Notes under the pieces: model-generated
The model's input: the letters and a program-made list of their open reading frames with translations, nothing else
Told to the model about the DNA's origin: nothing
The model's database searches: none
In this document: positions 9,760 through 19,297 of the stretch, piece by piece
Layout of the letters: each line of letters begins with the position of its first letter
How positions within the stretch are numbered: position 1 is the first letter of the stretch
Made by a program: the position numbers and the translations under genes
Source: an uncultured Candidatus Saccharibacteria bacterium
Lineage (GTDB): Bacteria > Patescibacteriota > Saccharimonadia > Saccharimonadales > Saccharimonadaceae
Direction of reading: 5' to 3'
DNA: 64,000 bases
Assembly: GCA_938043965.1 (NCBI GenBank)
Contig: CALIQQ010000002.1
Coordinates: forward strand, 82,321-146,320

Positions 9760-10624
9760 ACCAATCTTTATGTAAAGTTATTAACTTGTCTTCGGGCAAG
9801 TTAAACTTTTTTTCGGGCGCATATTCTCGCACTGCTTTTAGAAAATCCTTAACTTGCGGGCCAGTTAATTTTATCTCTTGCTTTAAGAACGCAAATTTTA
9901 AAATCTCACACGCCAGCCGGTCTTCCAGTTGTAAAAACCAACTGCGTTTAAAAATTCCATCTTTTGGTAAAAGTTCAGTTAAGACTTTTTCAATTTCCAC
10001 CCGCTTTAACTGCTGTGAAAAATACAACGCTTTAATTTTTTGATTCAGTTGAAAATGCGTTTCCGGCTCCATTATTTCTAACTTCGCGCGAATTCGGTTA
10101 CGTAAAAACTGCTCGGAACTATTCGTTGGGTCCGCCCGAAAAGTAATTTTATTTCTCGCGGCATAAGTTAAAATATCAGCCCGTGATTCAGGCAATAATA
10201 TATCGTCATTTAAAAATGGACGTGAAACCTGCGACATTATAAAAGGTGTTAAGCCACGCCATTCTGTTCCGCGACTTAAATTAATAAAAACGCTTTCCAC
10301 TAAATCGTCTAAATGATGTGCTGTGTAAATAAAGACCGGCTCGTCAGGTAGGCGTTTTTTAATGTCTTCGCGAATTGAAAATAGGAAATCATAACGCGCT
10401 TTTCGAGCTTCCTCTTCAGAACTTTTTTCGCCAAGCTTAGCGTGTCCAACGACAACATCGACTCCGAGTTCTTCGCAACGTTTCCGTACGAACGCTTCAT
10501 CCTCATCCGCTGATGCTCTCGTGCCATGGTTAAAATGCGCCACTAAAATATCCGCATCATTTTTAAAAATATCGAGTAGTACCATCGAGTCTACTCCTCC
10601 AGAAACTGCCAAAATCTTTTTCAT
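9749..10624 (-). CDS. tilS: tRNA(Ile)-lysidine synthetase
   Basis: AVSGGVDSMVLL, AHFNHG, TAHHLDD, DPTN..RNRIR; start moved to ATG 10624 to avoid overlap with the divergent gene. Confidence 0.93.
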   Translation of the reverse strand: MKKILAVSGGVDSMVLLDIFKNDADILVAHFNHGTRASADEDEAFVRKRCEELGVDVVVGHAKLGEKSSEEEARKARYDFLFSIREDIKKRLPDEPVFIYTAHHLDDLVESVFINLSRGTEWRGLTPFIMSQVSRPFLNDDILLPESRADILTYAARNKITFRADPTNSSEQFLRNRIRAKLEIMEPETHFQLNQKIKALYFSQQLKRVEIEKVLTELLPKDGIFKRSWFLQLEDRLACEILKFAFLKQEIKLTGPQVKDFLKAVREYAPEKKFNLPEDKLITLHKDWFKI

Positions 10625-10643
10625 GTGATATACTAATTTTAAC

Positions 10644-11219
10644 ATGTTATTAAATTCAAATCGACTTCTCGGCTGCCCAGTGCTTAGTCTACATCTTGGC
10701 GGTCCAATTGGTGTCGTCTCTGAAATTATTATTAACCCAAATGATTTAAAAATCATGGCGCTTCGCGTTGACGGACCTCAGGCCGGTAATGGGGAATATG
10801 GCGACCTTCTCGATATTTCTAGCGTGCGTGAATTTTCAAACCTCGGCCTGATTATTGATTCGATCGACGACCTCGTCTCGGACGGCGATGTGATTAAATT
10901 GGATAATGTAATCAAATTAAATTTTGATGTAATCGGCCTAACTGTAAAAACTAAGCGTGGCACAAAACTTGGTAAAGTGATCGACTATACTTTTAATCCG
11001 GAGTCGATGCTTCTCGCTCAGTTCATTGTAAAACGCCCACTCATGAAAGCTTTTTTAGATCCAGAATTAGTGATTGGTCGTTCCGAGATTAAAGAAATTA
11101 ACGACTATGAACTTATCGTAAAAGACGAAGAGTCAAAAATTAAAAAAGACCTAAAAAAGCAGGATTTTGTACCAAACTTCGTCAATCCGTTCCGCGACGG
11201 CAATTTTCTCGGCTCTTAA
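10644..11219 (+). CDS. PRC-barrel domain protein (two barrels)
   Basis: LLGCPVLS..GPIGVVSEIIINP and IGLTVKTKRGTKLGKVIDYTFNP. Confidence 0.8.
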   Translation: MLLNSNRLLGCPVLSLHLGGPIGVVSEIIINPNDLKIMALRVDGPQAGNGEYGDLLDISSVREFSNLGLIIDSIDDLVSDGDVIKLDNVIKLNFDVIGLTVKTKRGTKLGKVIDYTFNPESMLLAQFIVKRPLMKAFLDPELVIGRSEIKEINDYELIVKDEESKIKKDLKKQDFVPNFVNPFRDGNFLGS

Positions 11220-11391
11220 ATGTAATTTCTATTTTTTCCTTCCATTTTTATTCCGCTTATGCTATAATTAAAGAACTAACATTATTGAGGTCATGAAGAA
11301 GTGTTAGCAATTACTGCCAACACTGTAGTTATGTCAAAATGATCTAATAAAGGAAAAACTTTAAACTATTAAGGTGACAAAAGGGAAAATC

Positions 11392-12735
11392 ATGACATTG
11401 TTAAGAAACCGCTCCATCATCAGCTTTAGAACGGCTACTAATTTTTCCATTTTCTCCCTCTTCCTCATCTTCGGCTTCACTATTCTTTCCATCTTCGCTC
11501 CTATCTTCGGTTCTAACGCTATTAACAACTCCACCCAAGAACTCGCTGCTGAAGTTAATCCTGTCATCTCCCTCTCCGCTCCCACTGAACTAAGTTTTAA
11601 CATTAACCCCACCGCCGCTGGTGTCTTCGATTCCAAAGAACTAAAAGTCAATATCTCCACTAATGCCATTAAAGGCTATGAACTTTATTTCTCTTCTGAA
11701 GACGAACAAACCAACATGAAGCATACTACTCCTAGTATCACTCAATCTATCTCTTCCACCTTCACTGGCTCTCTCACTTCCACTAATATGCAAAACAACA
11801 CCTGGGGTTACTCTATAAATAACACAGACTTTAAATCCATCCCAAAGAAAACTGAACAAGTTAAACTAAAAGACCTAAACACCTATCCTATTCCAGCTGA
11901 ACGCACCCAATCTATCTACTTCGGTGTAAAAGCCGACACCACCCTCCCTTCCGGCACCTACGAGAAGAACGTCATCTTCACTGCCGTTGCTCACGCTAAC
12001 CCACCTAAGCCACAAAAAACTATCCATAGTATTTCAACTATGCAACAGATGACTCCTGCAATCTGTACCGCCACTACTACTCCACTAAAAACCACCACAG
12101 CGCTCGACACGGACGGTTCCCATAATGGCGACCCAAACTACGTCCCCACTAAAACCCTCACCGATACCCGAGACAATAACACCTATACCGTCTCCAAACT
12201 TGCTGATGGCAAATGCTGGATGACTCAAAACCTCCGCATCGCTGGAAAAACCCTCACCCCTGACGATTCCGACGTCACCTCGAACTATACCATCCCTGTT
12301 TCTTCTATTTCCGGCTTCAGCTCCTTTGATACCTCAAATGCCTATGTAAACTCAGACGGTGGCTTCTACGACTGGTATACTGCTACTGCTGGCACTGGTA
12401 CCAGATCTCTTTCTACTGATGGCCAGAATACTACCGCCTCCATCTGTCCGAAGGGTTGGAGATTACCAACTAGTGGAAATAACGGAGAATTTAAGATTCT
12501 CTATGATAACTACAACTCCCCCTCTGCCCGAAGGTCTAGTCCGGTAAATCTCACTCTTTCCGGCTACGTGAGCAGTAGCTGGCACCACAATCAGGGTTCC
12601 TACGGCTACTATTGGTCCGCTACGGTCTACTTGAGTAGCGACGCCTACGGTATGAATCTGGATACCTCGGGTGTCAATCCTGCAAGCCGCAACAATAAGG
12701 CTCTCGGGTTCTCTGTGCGTTGTATCGCCCACTAA
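11392..12735 (+). CDS. exported protein with C-terminal Fib_succ_major-like (CLec-fold) domain, putative DGR target
   Basis: Signal/TM segment, NNTWGYS beta domain, then DTRDNNTY..GKCWMTQNL..ICPKGWRLPT..GYYWS..GFSVRC; start could instead be GTG 11374. Confidence 0.85.
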   Translation: MTLLRNRSIISFRTATNFSIFSLFLIFGFTILSIFAPIFGSNAINNSTQELAAEVNPVISLSAPTELSFNINPTAAGVFDSKELKVNISTNAIKGYELYFSSEDEQTNMKHTTPSITQSISSTFTGSLTSTNMQNNTWGYSINNTDFKSIPKKTEQVKLKDLNTYPIPAERTQSIYFGVKADTTLPSGTYEKNVIFTAVAHANPPKPQKTIHSISTMQQMTPAICTATTTPLKTTTALDTDGSHNGDPNYVPTKTLTDTRDNNTYTVSKLADGKCWMTQNLRIAGKTLTPDDSDVTSNYTIPVSSISGFSSFDTSNAYVNSDGGFYDWYTATAGTGTRSLSTDGQNTTASICPKGWRLPTSGNNGEFKILYDNYNSPSARRSSPVNLTLSGYVSSSWHHNQGSYGYYWSATVYLSSDAYGMNLDTSGVNPASRNNKALGFSVRCIAH

Positions 12736-12783
12736 TCTAATCGCCCTATACAAAACCAGCACTTCATTATATAATAATAACTA

Positions 12784-14568
12784 ATGAATTCTGATAAAAT
12801 CCGTAATTTTTGCATCATCGCGCACATCGACCATGGTAAATCTACTCTGGCCGACCGCATGATGGAGTTAACTAATACTGTTGAGAAACGCGATATGAAG
12901 TCGCAGCTCCTCGACAGTATGGAACTCGAGCGCGAAAAGGGCATTACGATTAAGCTTACTCCGGTCCAAATGCACTATAAAGATTACGAGCTTAACCTTA
13001 TCGACACCCCTGGCCACGTCGACTTCTCCTATGAAGTTTCACGCAGTCTTCAGGCTGTCGAATCCGCCATCCTGGTGGTCGATGCTACTCAGGGTATTCA
13101 GGCCCAAACTCTCGCCAATGTCTACCTCGCCATCGAGCAAGATTTGAAAATTATTCCAGTCGTCAATAAAATCGATCTTCCTGCCGCCAATGTCGAAAAG
13201 GTCACTCACGAAATCGTCAATCTTCTCGGCTGTGACCCCTCCGAAATTATTCCTGTTTCTGCTAAAACCGGCCTTAACGTCGAGGCTGTTCTAGATGCTA
13301 TTATTGAGCGCGCTCCAGCTCCAACCGTCGACGCATCCGAGTCACACACTCGCGCCCTAATTTTTGATTCCTACTTTGACGACTACCGTGGCGTGGTCCT
13401 TTATGTCCGTGTCGTAAACGGTAAAATCCCGAAAACGGCTAATATCCACATGATGGAAAACGATACTAATGGCATCGCCCTGGAAGTTGGTACTCTAAAG
13501 CCAAAAATGGTTCCTCAATCTGAACTAAAAGAAGGTGAAGTCGGCTACATCGTCACTAACCTAAAAACCACCAGCGAAGCCAAGGTTGGCGACACCGTTA
13601 CTCTCGAAAAATCCCCCGCAAAAACTTCGCTCCCAGGTTATAAAAACGTCCTCCCTTTTGTTTATGCCGGTTTCTTCCCGGTCTCCAACGATCAATATAA
13701 GGACCTAAAAGACGCCGTTGAAAAGCTCGCCCTATCAGATTCCGCTCTGAGATTTGAGCCCGAAAACTCGCCAGTGCTTGGTTTTGGTTTGCGCATCGGT
13801 TTCCTCGGCCTGCTTCACATGGACATTATCAAAGAGCGCTTGGAGCGTGAATTCGACCTCGATCTCGTCGTTACTAACCCAAGCACTAATTATGAAGTTA
13901 CCTTAAATTCCGGTAAAAACATCGAGATTAAATCTGCTGCCGACCTGCCCGACCCTTCCGAGGTGATTGAAATTCGTGAGCCATGGGTTAAAGGTGAGAT
14001 TATTCTTCCTGTTTCCATGATCGGCAATGTCCTAAAATTGATTGTTGAAAAACGCGGCCTCCACAATAACATTTCCTACATGGAAGACCGCGCCCTCATC
14101 AATTTTGAGGCACCAATGGCAAATTTGCTCACCGATTTTTATGACCAACTTAAATCTCTTACCTCTGGTTACGCCAGTTTTAACTACGAAATTTCTTCCT
14201 ATCGTCCCGAGGATCTTGTTCGCGTCGACTTTCTCGTTGGCGGCAATAAAATTGATGCCCTTGCGATTATGTGTCATCGTTCTGAAGCGGATGCTATCGG
14301 CCGCGACATCACGAAGAAGCTTAAACAAGTCATTCCACGTCAAAATTACGAGGTTGCGCTCCAAGCTGCTATCGGCGCTAGAATTATCGCTCGTGAAACT
14401 ATTGGTGCCTTCCGTAAAGATGTGACCGTAAAAATTCACACCGGTGACCGCGACCGTAAAGCTAAGCTTCTCGAGAAACAACGCCGTGGTAAGGCTCGCA
14501 TGAAGCGCTTTGGCAAAATCGACATTCCTTCCGAAGCTTTTACAGTTATGCTTCGCCGCGACGACTAG
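12784..14568 (+). CDS. lepA: elongation factor 4
   Basis: IRNFCIIAHIDHGKSTLADR, DTPGHVDF, GFLGLLHMDII, LLEKQ..GK.RMK. Confidence 0.98.
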   Translation: MNSDKIRNFCIIAHIDHGKSTLADRMMELTNTVEKRDMKSQLLDSMELEREKGITIKLTPVQMHYKDYELNLIDTPGHVDFSYEVSRSLQAVESAILVVDATQGIQAQTLANVYLAIEQDLKIIPVVNKIDLPAANVEKVTHEIVNLLGCDPSEIIPVSAKTGLNVEAVLDAIIERAPAPTVDASESHTRALIFDSYFDDYRGVVLYVRVVNGKIPKTANIHMMENDTNGIALEVGTLKPKMVPQSELKEGEVGYIVTNLKTTSEAKVGDTVTLEKSPAKTSLPGYKNVLPFVYAGFFPVSNDQYKDLKDAVEKLALSDSALRFEPENSPVLGFGLRIGFLGLLHMDIIKERLEREFDLDLVVTNPSTNYEVTLNSGKNIEIKSAADLPDPSEVIEIREPWVKGEIILPVSMIGNVLKLIVEKRGLHNNISYMEDRALINFEAPMANLLTDFYDQLKSLTSGYASFNYEISSYRPEDLVRVDFLVGGNKIDALAIMCHRSEADAIGRDITKKLKQVIPRQNYEVALQAAIGARIIARETIGAFRKDVTVKIHTGDRDRKAKLLEKQRRGKARMKRFGKIDIPSEAFTVMLRRDD

Positions 14569-14658
14569 TTCTAGACTAAGTCTGCGTTAGTTCTAATTCG
14601 CCGCGATGACTAGATCTAACCTAAGTCTGCGCTACCTCTGCGCTAGTTCTATCTCGCC
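14552..14658 (+). repeat. degenerate ~45-bp tandem duplication of the lepA 3' end
   Basis: ttcgccgcgaYgactagWtcta..ctaagtctgcg at 14552 and 14597, plus partial further copies. Confidence 0.85.
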
Positions 14659-14680
14659 ACTGATACACTCAGTTCTAATG

Positions 14681-14718
14681 CTAGCACTCTTGACCCTAAA
14701 GTGCTAAAGTGCTATAAT
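14681..14718 (+). promoter_or_regulatory. CIRCE operator overlapping the hrcA promoter
   Basis: cTAGCACTC-N9-aAGTGCTAA at 14681-14707; TTGACC(14690)-17-TATAAT(14713). Confidence 0.92.
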
Positions 14719-14724
14719 TTAAAC

Positions 14725-15468
14725 ATGGAAATTACCGAGCGTCAAAAAGAGATTCTCTTTGCTATTATTGAAGAATACGCGGAGATGGCTGCCCCTGTTG
14801 GCTCCGTCACTCTTGCTAAACTTTTTAATGTCTCGAGCGCTACTATTCGTTCTGAAATGGCTCGTCTTGAGACACTCGGCCTGCTCTCCTCGCCGCATAC
14901 TTCTGCTGGTCGCATTCCTACCGACGCCGGTTACCGTTTTTATGTTAACTCTCTAACTGAGCGCGACGGCATGCGCGAAGTTTCTGCTAGCCGTCTTCTC
15001 GGTCCAGGTGAAAAAGCTCCAAATCGCAACATCCACGCCCTCGAAGTCCGTATTCACTCCCAAGAACGAACCGATTACGCGATTCGCAGCGCCGTTGACA
15101 TGCTGGCCGAACTCACTGGCAATCTTGGCCTTGCTACCATTGGTGAGCAGCTCTACCTTTCCGGTATCTCGAAGCTTTTTGCCCAGCCAGAATTTTTAGA
15201 TAATTCTAAAATTCAAGATGTGGCTCAGTTGCTTGATAATCTTGAACCATGGTTACGTGAAGCTCGTCCAGGCGAACCCCTTAACATTTTTATTGGCCAA
15301 GAAAACCCAATCGGCAAAGCCAGCGGTGTTTCTCTGATTATTTCTAAGTTCCGCAGCCCCTATTCTGATAGTTCCTATATTGGGCTACTCGGTCCCACCC
15401 GTCAAAATTATGCTGAAACTATGAGTCTAGTCCGTCACGCTGGTCTCATTCTTGAAAATACACTATAA
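14725..15468 (+). CDS. hrcA: heat-inducible transcription repressor (short form)
   Basis: ITERQKEIL..PVGS..SSATIRSEM..PHTSAGRIPTD.GYRFYV; GLLGPTR; CIRCE upstream. Confidence 0.95.
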   Translation: MEITERQKEILFAIIEEYAEMAAPVGSVTLAKLFNVSSATIRSEMARLETLGLLSSPHTSAGRIPTDAGYRFYVNSLTERDGMREVSASRLLGPGEKAPNRNIHALEVRIHSQERTDYAIRSAVDMLAELTGNLGLATIGEQLYLSGISKLFAQPEFLDNSKIQDVAQLLDNLEPWLREARPGEPLNIFIGQENPIGKASGVSLIISKFRSPYSDSSYIGLLGPTRQNYAETMSLVRHAGLILENTL

Positions 15469-15476
15469 GGAGTAAA

Positions 15477-15938
15477 ATGGAAGAAAAATCTCACAAATCA
15501 CTAAAAGAAACTGCTAAAATCGCTAAATTAGAAGCTGAAAGAGAGGAACTTCTATCTGATTTGCAGCGCACGCGTGCTGATTTTGAGAATTTCCGCAAAC
15601 AAGTCGATCTCCAGAAAGAGCAGGCTAAAAAACTCGCCACCGACGCTACTATTATGAAGTTACTCCCCCTGCTTGATGATATGTCTCGTGCCATCGGTGC
15701 TAATCCTGAAGCTTTGTCACCACTCCAAAAAACTCTTGAAAAATCCATGAAGGATTTAAACCTAGCTCGCATTAACGCCGAACCAGGAGTTGATTTTAAC
15801 CCAGAACTCCATAACGCTATCTCAATGGACGATTCGTCTGAAGGCGACCATGAAGTTATTGCTACCGAGTTGATGCCAGGCTACCTGTATCAAGGCATCG
15901 TTCTTCGCCCAGCCATGGTGCATGTTAAGCGCATCTAA
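15477..15938 (+). CDS. grpE: nucleotide exchange factor GrpE
   Basis: RTRADFENFRK, FNPELHNAI, GY..VLRPAMVHV. Confidence 0.95.
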   Translation: MEEKSHKSLKETAKIAKLEAEREELLSDLQRTRADFENFRKQVDLQKEQAKKLATDATIMKLLPLLDDMSRAIGANPEALSPLQKTLEKSMKDLNLARINAEPGVDFNPELHNAISMDDSSEGDHEVIATELMPGYLYQGIVLRPAMVHVKRI

Positions 15939-16030
15939 CTCTCAGCGCCCACTTGTGTGCTTGTCCATAATATGTTATGATAAGAATACCTAAATATTCA
16001 ATTTAGGAGTACATTAAAGGAGGTTTATAT

Positions 16031-16354
16031 ATGGATAAGTTTTTCGAAAAACACTGTCTCGAGGTTTTTGATGATGGAGAATGGACTATCCATCTCAAAG
16101 AACGTAACAATGTTCATTTAGGTGAGCCAAACATGAAGGTTTGGGTTTGCCTCAATGGCCGCGAAGTCGCACAGTATAGTGACAAGTTCCGCGGTTACGG
16201 AATTTATTCTAATCGTGAGGGGATGATCCCAAAAGAGGTTAGAAAGAAGGCGATAAAAACTTGGAAAGAGTTATGTGAGGGGTATTATTCTGAAGCGCGT
16301 CTTCAAAAACTGCGCGAGGATTTTATCTCCAGGCATTGCGCAATTCTCTTATGA
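16031..16354 (+). CDS. hypothetical protein
   Basis: 107 aa ORF with strong SD aaggagg and downstream hairpin-U tract. Confidence 0.7.
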   Translation: MDKFFEKHCLEVFDDGEWTIHLKERNNVHLGEPNMKVWVCLNGREVAQYSDKFRGYGIYSNREGMIPKEVRKKAIKTWKELCEGYYSEARLQKLREDFISRHCAILL

Positions 16355-16376
16355 TTTCCTAATTATACACTACCTC

Positions 16377-16404
16377 TCCCCCCAGCCCTTTCGGGGGGAT
16401 TTTT
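16377..16404 (+). terminator. probable intrinsic terminator
   Basis: tcccccc...gggggga followed by ttttt. Confidence 0.55.
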
Positions 16405-16495
16405 CTTGCTCTAAATTATTAATCTTCTAAAAATCTGGGCTACTATCTAAAGCTTAGTTAAAATTTTTTATGGTAAAATAATAAAAAGGAGCAAA

Positions 16496-17101
16496 ATGGA
16501 AGAAAAAATTCAGAGAATTCAAGCTTGGCTAAAAGATGGTAGTATTAACCTTTTTGGTCTTCCAATGAGCGGAAAAGATACTGTCGGGCTAAAATTATCA
16601 GAGCTACTAGGCGGCGCCTTTCTTTCGTCTGGCGATATTATCCGTAATTATGAAAAAGCCAAACACGAATCTATGACGGATCAAGGTCAGCTTATCCCGA
16701 CTAATAAATTTTATGATATCGTTTTGCCATATTTTAGTCACGAGTCGCTTATCTCTAAACCGCTCGTTCTTTCTTCAATCGGACGTTGGGAAGGGGAAGA
16801 GGATGAGGTAATGAAGTATGCTAAGGCTGCTGGTCACGAAATTAAAGCCGTCATTTATTTAAAATTAACCAAAGATATGGTCCGTGAACGTTGGGCTGCC
16901 GCTAAAGCACTTGGTGACCGCGGAATGCGTGGCGACGATGCCGATCCTGCTGTTTTTGAAACGCGCATTAAAGAGTTTCATGAAAAAACGCTGCCCGTTC
17001 TAAAACACTATGATAAGCTCGGCCTATTGTTTGAAATTGACGCTTCCGGCACGCGTGAAGAAGTTTTTGATAGCGTTATAAACTGCTTAAGTATGTTATA
17101 A
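16496..17101 (+). CDS. adk: adenylate/nucleoside monophosphate kinase
   Basis: P-loop GLPMSGKDT, LSSGDIIR, GQLIP, R.DD...F.TRI.EFHEKT.PVL.HY. Confidence 0.8.
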   Translation: MEEKIQRIQAWLKDGSINLFGLPMSGKDTVGLKLSELLGGAFLSSGDIIRNYEKAKHESMTDQGQLIPTNKFYDIVLPYFSHESLISKPLVLSSIGRWEGEEDEVMKYAKAAGHEIKAVIYLKLTKDMVRERWAAAKALGDRGMRGDDADPAVFETRIKEFHEKTLPVLKHYDKLGLLFEIDASGTREEVFDSVINCLSML

Positions 17102-17108
17102 TGGTGCT

Positions 17109-18119
17109 ATGCACGGGTCGGGCTACTTTAAAGAAAAAATCAGAAGAAAAATTCGCGCCGCTAACTATCTTACGGTTGCGCAACTTTTTTTGCAAGATAA
17201 TTTTTTACTCGAGCGCCCACTTGATTTTGATGATATTAAACCACGTCTGCTCGGCCATTGGGGGACTTGTCCTGGCATCACATTAGCCTACAACTGCTTA
17301 AAAGCCTACGACCATAGCATTGATTTTGTGGTTGGTCCGGGCCATGGTTTTCCTGCGCTTCAAGCCGACTTATTTTTGGATGGTGAACTTGAAAAAATCG
17401 ACGACAAGGCTCAGCGAAATCGTGATGGCATTGCCTATATTTGTCGTAACTTTTCGTGGCCCGATGGTTTTCCGTCTCACGCCTCGCCAATCACTCCGCA
17501 TGTTATTTGCGAAGGTGGTGAACTTGGCTACGCTTTGGCAACTAGCTATGGTTATGTCTTAGGTCATCCTGAAAAAACTGTTGCCGTTTTAATTGGCGAT
17601 GGCGAGTTTGAAACTGCTACAACTTTAGCATCGCTAAATCTCAATAAACTTTTATCCGGCCAGGCAAACGGTCGCGTCTTGCCAATCTTGCATCTCAATG
17701 GTTATAAAATTTCTGCGCCAACCATTGCTGGTCGTAAATCTGAGCGTGAGCTGTCTGAACTAATTCGTGGCTTTGGCTACACTCCGTTCTATGTTCGCGC
17801 CACTCATGAAAATGCTGAACGCGCAATTAGCTATGCAATCGATGATTTTGAAAAAGCACTTATTCACGCACATCAACTTTTTCACCGTATCAAGCATGGC
17901 GAAAAGGTATCACCACCATTTATTATTATGTTAACCGATAAGGGTCTAACTGGCCCAGAAGTGATTGACGGCGTAAAAATTCGTGGCAATTTTAAGTCCC
18001 ACCAAATCCCACTTCCGGCTGCCAAAACCGACTTAAAAGAACTTAAAATTCTCGAAGCATGGCTAAACTCTTATCGCTTCAACGAACTTTTTGATCAAAC
18101 AAAAGGATTTACGTTATGA
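17109..18119 (+). CDS. phosphoketolase, N-terminal (TPP-binding) half
   Basis: RAANYL, KPRLLGHWGTCPG, GPGHG, EGGELGY, GDGE, ILHLNGYKI, SHQIP. Confidence 0.92.
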   Translation: MHGSGYFKEKIRRKIRAANYLTVAQLFLQDNFLLERPLDFDDIKPRLLGHWGTCPGITLAYNCLKAYDHSIDFVVGPGHGFPALQADLFLDGELEKIDDKAQRNRDGIAYICRNFSWPDGFPSHASPITPHVICEGGELGYALATSYGYVLGHPEKTVAVLIGDGEFETATTLASLNLNKLLSGQANGRVLPILHLNGYKISAPTIAGRKSERELSELIRGFGYTPFYVRATHENAERAISYAIDDFEKALIHAHQLFHRIKHGEKVSPPFIIMLTDKGLTGPEVIDGVKIRGNFKSHQIPLPAAKTDLKELKILEAWLNSYRFNELFDQTKGFTL

Positions 18120-19297
18120 ATGAAAATGTGAAAAAATCAACTGCTAAAACTCTAGGTGAACTGCTAAAAAATGAGATGAAGGAAAATCCAAAGTTCTATC
18201 TTTTTAGTCCTGACGAAACCACTTCAAATAAACTTGATGCAACCTATGACGTTACCTCCCGCGCTTGGTCAAATCTTGAAATTAAGCCCCAGGATTTGAA
18301 GGAAGCTGATGGCGGACGCATCGTTGAGCTACTTTCTGAGAACGTACTTTTTTCCGTCATGCTCGGACATCTTCTAAACCACGAACCAGCTATGATGACT
18401 AGCTATGAAAGTTTTTTCACCATCATTGCTAGCCAAATTGTTCAGCATCTAAAATTCATCGAACAAAGTGAGCAAGTATCTTGGCGCAAACCCTACCCTG
18501 CAGTCAATCTGCTTAGCACTTCAACTTGTTGGCGCCAGGATCATAATGGCTTTTCGCATCAATCGCCAATGCTGATTAGCGCCCTACTTGATCGTCCTGG
18601 TAAAAATGTCAACTGCTTTTTCCCAGTCGATAGTAAGTCAATGCGTGTAGTCTATGACTTTATGTTAAAATCTGAAAATGTTGTAAATCTCACAACGTTT
18701 AATAAAACCGAAGAGCCACAATATCTCGATGACCTTCATGCTGAATATCAACTTAATTTTGGTGCTAGTATTTTTGGTTTTGCCTCAGACGGTGATACTT
18801 TTAATCTCGAATCCGAGACCAACCATTTTGATTTTATTTTTACTGCAGCCGGCGATATTGCTACTCGCGAAGCCTTGGCCGCCATGGCACTTGTTCGTGT
18901 CGAACTGCCAGAAATTAAGCTGCGCTTCATCAACATTTTGAGCCTTACTCATAACTACATTGGTACTACAGAGCATCAAATGACTCCTGAAATTTTCGAT
19001 AAATTATTTACCGTGCATACGCCAATTATCGCTAACTTTCATGGCTACAAAGATACCCTAAAAAACATTCTCCGAAATTATACCACTACGAAAATTTTTG
19101 CGCACGGTTTTGAAGAAAAAGGTAGCACCACTACCCCACTTCAGATGCTGACCTTAAATCATGCTTCGCGCTTTGATCTTGCGATTGATGTCTTTAACCA
19201 ACTTAATCGCCAGGATCTAGTCCTAAAATATCAAAAACTTATCGACGAGAATCGCGCTTACGCCCAAGCTCACGGGATTGATTCGATCGAGCTTTAG
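18116..19297 (+). CDS. phosphoketolase, C-terminal half
   Basis: FSPDETTSNKL, ELLSE, SYESF, WRQDHNGFSHQ, FHGY, EKGSTTTP; ATGA overlap with upstream half and own SD (aaagga). Confidence 0.92.
   Translation: MNENVKKSTAKTLGELLKNEMKENPKFYLFSPDETTSNKLDATYDVTSRAWSNLEIKPQDLKEADGGRIVELLSENVLFSVMLGHLLNHEPAMMTSYESFFTIIASQIVQHLKFIEQSEQVSWRKPYPAVNLLSTSTCWRQDHNGFSHQSPMLISALLDRPGKNVNCFFPVDSKSMRVVYDFMLKSENVVNLTTFNKTEEPQYLDDLHAEYQLNFGASIFGFASDGDTFNLESETNHFDFIFTAAGDIATREALAAMALVRVELPEIKLRFINILSLTHNYIGTTEHQMTPEIFDKLFTVHTPIIANFHGYKDTLKNILRNYTTTKIFAHGFEEKGSTTTPLQMLTLNHASRFDLAIDVFNQLNRQDLVLKYQKLIDENRAYAQAHGIDSIEL

Noticed and set aside
17109..19297. Phosphoketolase as a frameshifted pseudogene
   Set aside because: The clean ATGA coupling, SD for the second half and intact motifs favour a genuine split.
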